Of a stretch of DNA of 64,000 nt, positions 61,101 to 64,000 are shown piece by piece (the stretch's first letter is position 1; each line of letters starts with the position of its first letter). Position numbers and translations under genes: made by a program. The notes under the pieces are model-generated. The model made no database searches. It worked only from the letters and a program-made list of their open reading frames with translations, and was not told the DNA's origin. The DNA comes from Tubiluchus corallicola. Taxonomy: Eukaryota; Animalia; Priapulida. The stretch spans positions 434,001 through 498,000 of the forward strand of contig JAQGDQ010000045.1 in the NCBI GenBank assembly GCA_030141605.1, read 5' to 3'.

Positions 61101-63115
61101 TTGAAAACTCTCCTTCCCAACTTAAATGGGAATTTGTCCGTCAGCAAAACCTAAAATACCAGATATGTACATCATACACAGTTTTTTGGAAAAAAGAGAA
61201 ATGTAACAAGTTTTTAAAACCGCAAGTGTAAATTGGTTTCTAAAACGGTTTGAGCATTCATGCAGCAGCCTAAAACATTTTCAACAAACCATTTTGAAAC
61301 GATTTCAGGAGATAGTTTGAATCAAATTGTTTTCAAAAACAGTACAGAAGAGAGCTAGAGAGAGGAAACTCAACAGTGGTGCAAATAAGCATTGTGACAT
61401 TTTACTGTATTCAAACAACTTTGTATTAAAATCCTTTGAGCAGCCTGATGTCAGTAATGCGTACAACGCATCTTCTATTTGTTTCAAAATGCTTTGTCCA
61501 GTAGCTGTGTGAACACTTAAACCATTTTGGAAATGGGTTAATGAAAACGGGTTGTTGAAAATGTTGTGCTCCAACCATTTTGAAATCATTCTGTCATGTG
61601 AAGAGGAATTAGTGAAAAGGTAAAAACCTTTTTAAACTTTTAACAAACATTGTGACAATATAAACAAGGAAGCAGTAATTTGTGTCTGAGCAACTTGAAC
61701 AATGCACTGAATAATTTCTAAAACAGAGTAAGAATTAAGCTAATAAACTTCGTACCCAGAATACATAGTGTTAAGCATCTACCCCGAGGGGACAAACTTT
61801 AGTGATTTGTTCACATCATATAATCTATCAAAACATGCAACATTAGCCCATGTTCATAAGAGGAAAGAAGTGGAAAATGGTTCATTTTACACTGAGAAGC
61901 AGTAACCTTAATTACTAATGAATACTCATTGAGCACTACTTTACCTGGTTCAATATACAGGTGAGATAATCACTGGGTGGTTGAGCTTGAAAAGTTTCTA
62001 TACAAAGGTGAGAAGACACTGAAATCGGTAAGATGCGATGTACAGCTGTCACTGCAGTTGCAACTCCAAACACAAAAACTACGGGAAGTTTTGGTGCGTG
62101 AAAACTAAAAAAAATCCATTATTATTGTGACCTGTAGCCCTTGCATCAAACATTATATTTTCTACTGGTAAATGACTTACAAAAATGCATTAGTGTAACA
62201 AAAACATTTTGGCAAAAAAACAAAAAACATAATACTCTCAATTTTTAATTCTATTATTATTAAAATGTCCACTTATTGACAATTACACAAGTTTTTTCCA
62301 ATTTTAAATGACTAAGGAGTATGGAATTATGGCTTTAGTTACTGGCGATGCATCTTGTTCATTCTTATATATATCCAATGCAGTACAAGGAAGCACGGTT
62401 TTTGAAAAAAACTATAATGTAACTGGCTCACAAGCATTTTAAGCCTGACTGTATAACTTTATAATGAACAGACGCACTTTTATCTTAACGAACACTGTTT
62501 TTTTTGTAATAATAGAATTTAATAATTTTCTAAAGCAACAACTGTGACAACAGAATTTAAATTTACCTGCAAATGCTAACAAAATCTTGAAGAATATTTG
62601 GCGTGAACGCTTCCAGATCTTCCAGTACTACAACAATAGGATCAACATGTTCCTGTGAACTATTTGTAGTTACTTCATCAGGCTTTCTTTTTCTTCTACT
62701 TTTGCTCTTCATTTTGCTCTAAACATTGCACATACTTAAATCTATTTGATAGTAATGTTTTTTTACAATAAAACAAATTTTTACAGTTTTTGAAAATATA
62801 AGGACAATAATTTATATTATATGTTATGGAAAATTAAGCTAATGACAGCTCAACATAACTTATATAAAATGTATATAAGTAAACGCCATATAATAAAATG
62901 TTTCAAAAATTTTTGGTACACTTTGATATCAAACCAATGTCAGAAAAATTGTACACAATTTTAAATCAATGCTAGGTCTTTCAGAGCACTCAGACTTTTC
63001 AATTAAATATCGAATGATTCATATTTACCTGTTCGGTCAATTTTTCCCTATACCAAGAGCTCAAAGTTGCCATTGTGCAAAATTCTTTTAGATTTATATT
63101 CTCCAATTCTTCATC
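55189..63115 (-). CDS. ORC3: Origin recognition complex subunit 3; 5' exons lie beyond the window end
   Basis: Exons (minus): 63115-63029, 62718-62567, 62104-61945, 61150-61037, 60141-59944, 58506-58390, 58039-57960, 57258-57134, 56843-56705, 56103-55962, 55858-55674, 55294-55189. Motifs [74 protein letters not shown], and C-terminus [34 protein letters not shown]. Confidence 0.96.
60013..60372 (-). repeat. Tandem duplication (182 + 178 bp) of an ORC3 acceptor and partial exon
   Basis: 60013-60194 and 60195-60372 are near-identical; the upstream copy (in transcript orientation) has a 4-bp deletion. Confidence 0.93.
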
Positions 63116-64000
63116 CTAAAACAAAACCTTAAAGAATGCAAAAGTATTACAGCAATCTTAATTTTGAAAAGTCTGCATGACACAACTTTTTTGGAATTTA
63201 CATTGCGTAGTCAATATGAATTTATTTAAGAATATAAATTACCGCTACAGCTCATAAACATGACACTCAGTGCAATACCACAAGTTTTTTGAAGCTTCTG
63301 AATGCCAAAACAAATTTGTTAGATACTTGCTGTTTGAACTGAAACTTTTGGTTACGTATGCAAAATGGGAATTTATAATAGTGGCAGTATAAATCTTTGT
63401 TTTAAGAGAGGATTACGTTTACATTTTCCTGTTTATCGACTGATTATTCTTGTTTGTCAAATAGTGTATTAACATAAACTGAAAATATTGCAAAAAACAG
63501 GAAAGTTTAATTGTATTATTGTTTGTGTTTTTGGTAACTATTGTAATTCATTGATATAATAAAGTCTGCTTGCGGAACTAAAGAAGGCAAGTAAAAGGCA
63601 AAGTCACAATTAAGTTTACAATATTTGTTTTTGGAGGTTGCAAATTCCAGACATATCCCAGATTAACTAGCTGACTGCGAATACAAGTAAAGCATCACAC
63701 AATGCTGCCTGCATCTCTAAACACACAATTATATATCTATCTTTGTTGTTCTTTACTGTGAAATGTTCAAGTAAAATTTGAAATGAAGAAAATGATTTAA
63801 AAACATTAACAAAATTTGTGCAATTACACTGTTATTGACTGAATGAATTCTCAAACAATTTAGCAAGGCCAGAAAATTCTCCATACCAGGCGATATTATG
63901 AAATCATAATTATATATGTTAACATGATCTCAACCAAAGCAAAACTTTTAATGTAAAAATGTACCATAGAAATGCTGTTCACAATTGCGAGGATAACTTG

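Noticed and set aside
59100-61390. Shared block tgttttcaaaa.cagtacagaagagag in two ORC3 introns; a similar shared block at about 7326-7400 and 9407-9500 in Elk introns
   Set aside because: Best explained as fragments of ordinary dispersed repeats; no ends or structure could be defined.

Overview
AT-rich, intron-rich animal genomic DNA, probably a marine invertebrate; the taxon cannot be fixed from the sequence. I assembled seven protein-coding genes by hand from splice sites and reading-frame phase. (1) The 3' part of an Elk/Kv12 (KCNH3/4/8-type) potassium channel (+, 633-12225), with one GC-AG intron. (2,3) A divergently transcribed pair of paralogous small secreted 8-Cys proteins (-, 16276-17992; +, 20380-21865), largely missed by the ORF track. 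(4) An intronless type-I membrane protein with three CUB domains, a mucin stalk and an SEA-like domain (-, 23734-26235). (5) Head-to-head with (4), a 940-aa protein with two tandem GPR158/GPR179-type Cache+EGF ectodomain modules, a furin site between them, a probable GPI signal and no 7TM domain (+, 26893-40861). (6) A Sam68/KHDRBS STAR RNA-binding protein (+, 43938-50673) with candidate distal alternative 3' exons. (7) The 3' part of ORC3 (-, 55189-63115), with a tandemly duplicated acceptor and partial exon. Also present: LINE remnants, hAT and Tc1/pogo MITEs, a foldback element, an inverted tRNA-like pair and microsatellites. The best candidates for an undescribed system are the 7TM-less double-Cache protein with its head-to-head CUB partner, and the Cys-rich peptide pair.
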